This document shows positions 62,035 to 64,000 of a stretch of DNA of 64,000 nucleotides, one piece after another. The notes under the pieces were generated by a model that was not told where the DNA came from, did not search any database, and saw only the letters and a list, made by a program, of their open reading frames with translations. Position 1 is the stretch's first letter. Each line of letters starts with the position of its first letter. The stretch is from Hyphomicrobium sp. (GTDB lineage: Bacteria > Pseudomonadota > Alphaproteobacteria > Rhizobiales > Hyphomicrobiaceae): contig JAKFUV010000013.1 in assembly GCA_021732485.1 (NCBI GenBank), positions 75 to 64,074 on the forward strand, written 5' to 3'. Made by a program: the position numbers and the translations under genes.

Positions 62035-62286
62035 TCGATATTCTTCGCGCGTTCGATCACGCTTGGAAACATGTGGGACGACGGCGCAGTCCGTCACACC
62101 AACACTCTCGATGTCATGACTGCCCACATATTGCTCACCCGCTTCAAAACGATCGACCGCCAACTCAGTGATGGCTTGAATTGCACGATAGCAAATCAGC
62201 TTCGTTACGGTTTACTAAGTTCATCGTCGCGCACTGTGGCACGCCATGCTCACGGTGGGTTCACGTGCGAACAGTGAGAGGGCCGA

Positions 62287-62793
62287 ATGCTGGAAATCGT
62301 GTCGTGGTTGGCGATTCTCGTTGCCATCGCCGCCGTGAGCGTTGTCGGATTGCTGTATGTGCGCGGCTCATTTGCCGGCGCGGGGTCGGCGTTTTTTCGA
62401 CCGCGTGCCGAACCCCGAATTTACGTGGTCGAGCAGACCACGCTCGATAGCAAACGCCGGCTGATTTTGATTCGTCGCGACACCGTCGAGCATCTTCTCA
62501 TGACCGGCGGCCCGGTGGACGTTGTCATCGAAACCGGAATCGTGCCGCCCCCTCGCGAAACCAGCTACGTGCCGGACGATAGCCGAGTTGCGTCATCAAC
62601 GTTTGCCCATAGCGCGCCGGATTTGGGGATGCGCGGCGCCGCAGTCATGGATCAGCCGTCACGTACGGGTTTGTTCGCGGGCCGCCGAGCGCCACCCGTT
62701 CCAGCTTCCAGCGCGGCAAATCCAACCCTCGACCCATTTGGGCAAAATGACGGTCAAGCCATTACGCAGACCTTGAAGGCTGATCGATCCTAA
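62287..62793 (+). CDS. FliO/FliZ-like flagellar biosynthesis protein
   Basis: TM helix then PRI-x-VVE-x-x-x-LD-x-KRRLILIRRD-x-VEHLLMTGGP-x-DVVIE. Confidence 0.78.
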   Translation: MLEIVSWLAILVAIAAVSVVGLLYVRGSFAGAGSAFFRPRAEPRIYVVEQTTLDSKRRLILIRRDTVEHLLMTGGPVDVVIETGIVPPPRETSYVPDDSRVASSTFAHSAPDLGMRGAAVMDQPSRTGLFAGRRAPPVPASSAANPTLDPFGQNDGQAITQTLKADRS

Positions 62794-63255
62794 CCGCGCG
62801 ACATCGCCAAAGCGCCCGATCGACTCGCGGCGCCTCAATGGCAGTCAGAGTGGCTCGTCGACGTCGCCAAAATCGTTGGTGGTCAAGACGCGGAGATCGA
62901 GCGGCCGAGTTGCGATGCTCACCGAACCGGCCACCCTCGTGTGCTGGGTAGCGCTGGCGCCAGACGTGGCCAAGATCATGGTTCCGGCTGGCTTGGCACT
63001 GGCGCTGAGATCCAGCGTCGATACGGCTCCGGCCGACACCATGGCGGCGACTACAGCTTGAAGCACGACACCGGCCCGTGGCCGGTTAGTTTCATGCGTT
63101 GCGGACACTGGCAACATCCCATTGCATCGGCTGCGCCCACGGCGGGACAAACCTCGGAAACCGAAGGATGCGGTTTAAATCTTAACGCTTGGTAAAGGTT
63201 TGTCGCGGATCGACACTATTCGCCCGGCGGGGTGTGCCACGCCCGGCGCAAACGT

Positions 63256-64000
63256 CTATTCTTCGCGATAGACTTTTTCACGCCGCTCATGACGTTCCTG
63301 CGCTTCGACGGAGAGCGTCGCAATTGGACGCGCATCGAGCCGCTTCAAGCCGATGGGCTCGCCCGTGTCTTCACAATAGCCGTAGCTGCCGTCTTCAATC
63401 CGCGTCAATGCCGCGTCGATCTTGGCGATCAGCTTGCGCTGACGATCTCGCGTGCGCAGTTCAGTAGCTCGGTCAGTTTCAGAAGTCGCGCGATCGGCGA
63501 GATCGGCATGCTGCGCTGAATCTTCATGCAGAATAGCCAATGTCTCGCGCGTTTGGCGAACAATGTCGTCCTTCCACTCCAGCAACCGCCTGCGGAAGTA
63601 GGCGCGATGCATTTCGCTCATGAACGGCTCGTTTTCCGACGGTCGATACCCGGCGGGCAAAACGATGTCGGCGATTTTGGCGCGCGCTGCCATTTTCTTG
63701 ATCGGTCCCTCTGTCTTTTTCGGTGACGCGACTTTCGCCGCAGCCATCGTTCGCGCCGGTTCGATGATAGCGCGTACCGAGTTCGATGGTGCACCTGTTA
63801 ACGCCCGCCCGGCAACTGCGGATGACTTGCCCACCTGCACGGTCGACAAGGCGGCTTTGAGACCGGCCTTCACACCTGTCGCGCGTTGCCCAACTTTCCC
63901 CGCCCCGGCCTTTTTCGCGATCGCATTGACCGATTTTTTAGGGCTGGCAATTTTACGCGATGTGCCAGACTGCGCCGCAGGCTTCGCGGATGCTTTTTGA
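63256..64000 (-). CDS. dksA: RNA polymerase-binding protein DksA, 5' end outside the window
   Basis: YRPSENEPFM, DLADRA, RDRQRKLI-x-KID-x-AL-x-RI-x-DGSYGYCEDTGEPI; frame stays open to the window end. Confidence 0.93.
   Translation of the reverse strand, partial: QKASAKPAAQSGTSRKIASPKKSVNAIAKKAGAGKVGQRATGVKAGLKAALSTVQVGKSSAVAGRALTGAPSNSVRAIIEPARTMAAAKVASPKKTEGPIKKMAARAKIADIVLPAGYRPSENEPFMSEMHRAYFRRRLLEWKDDIVRQTRETLAILHEDSAQHADLADRATSETDRATELRTRDRQRKLIAKIDAALTRIEDGSYGYCEDTGEPIGLKRLDARPIATLSVEAQERHERREKVYREE

Noticed and set aside
62845-63196. 101-aa ORF (62845-63150, -) with a CtrA-like TTTA-N7-TTAA site upstream
   Set aside because: May be a real small exported protein, but there is no clear RBS or motif and the site is imperfect; not enough support.

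Overview
GC-rich alphaproteobacterial chromosomal DNA, most likely Hyphomicrobiaceae (Hyphomicrobium-like). This is inferred from the porin family, the PqqA peptide, the cckA/fliO/dksA arrangement and the GAAC-N7-GTAC SOS box. Most of the window is housekeeping: tRNA-Lys, mreB, leuA, ilvI/ilvH/ilvC, miaA, purB, purC/S/Q/L, bolA-grxD, rpsD, icd, alaS, recA, cckA and dksA. Highlights: (1) a ~430-nt highly structured non-coding region at ~5395-5830 (- strand), a candidate large ncRNA; (2) an accessory patch after purL (~41.6-43.7 kb) with a truncated IS1595-family element carrying passenger genes, next to a GIY-YIG nuclease gene bracketed by inverted CGTC-tagged REP palindromes and a tandem 87-bp REP array; (3) a tRNA-Lys(CTT) whose 5' and 3' halves do not pair properly (chimeric); (4) an orphan mreB without mreCD/pbp2/rodA; (5) small elements missed by the ORF track: pqqA, a leuA leader peptide, a structured terC leader and EcfG-type promoters. 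All calls are by eye from motifs; no database searches were run.
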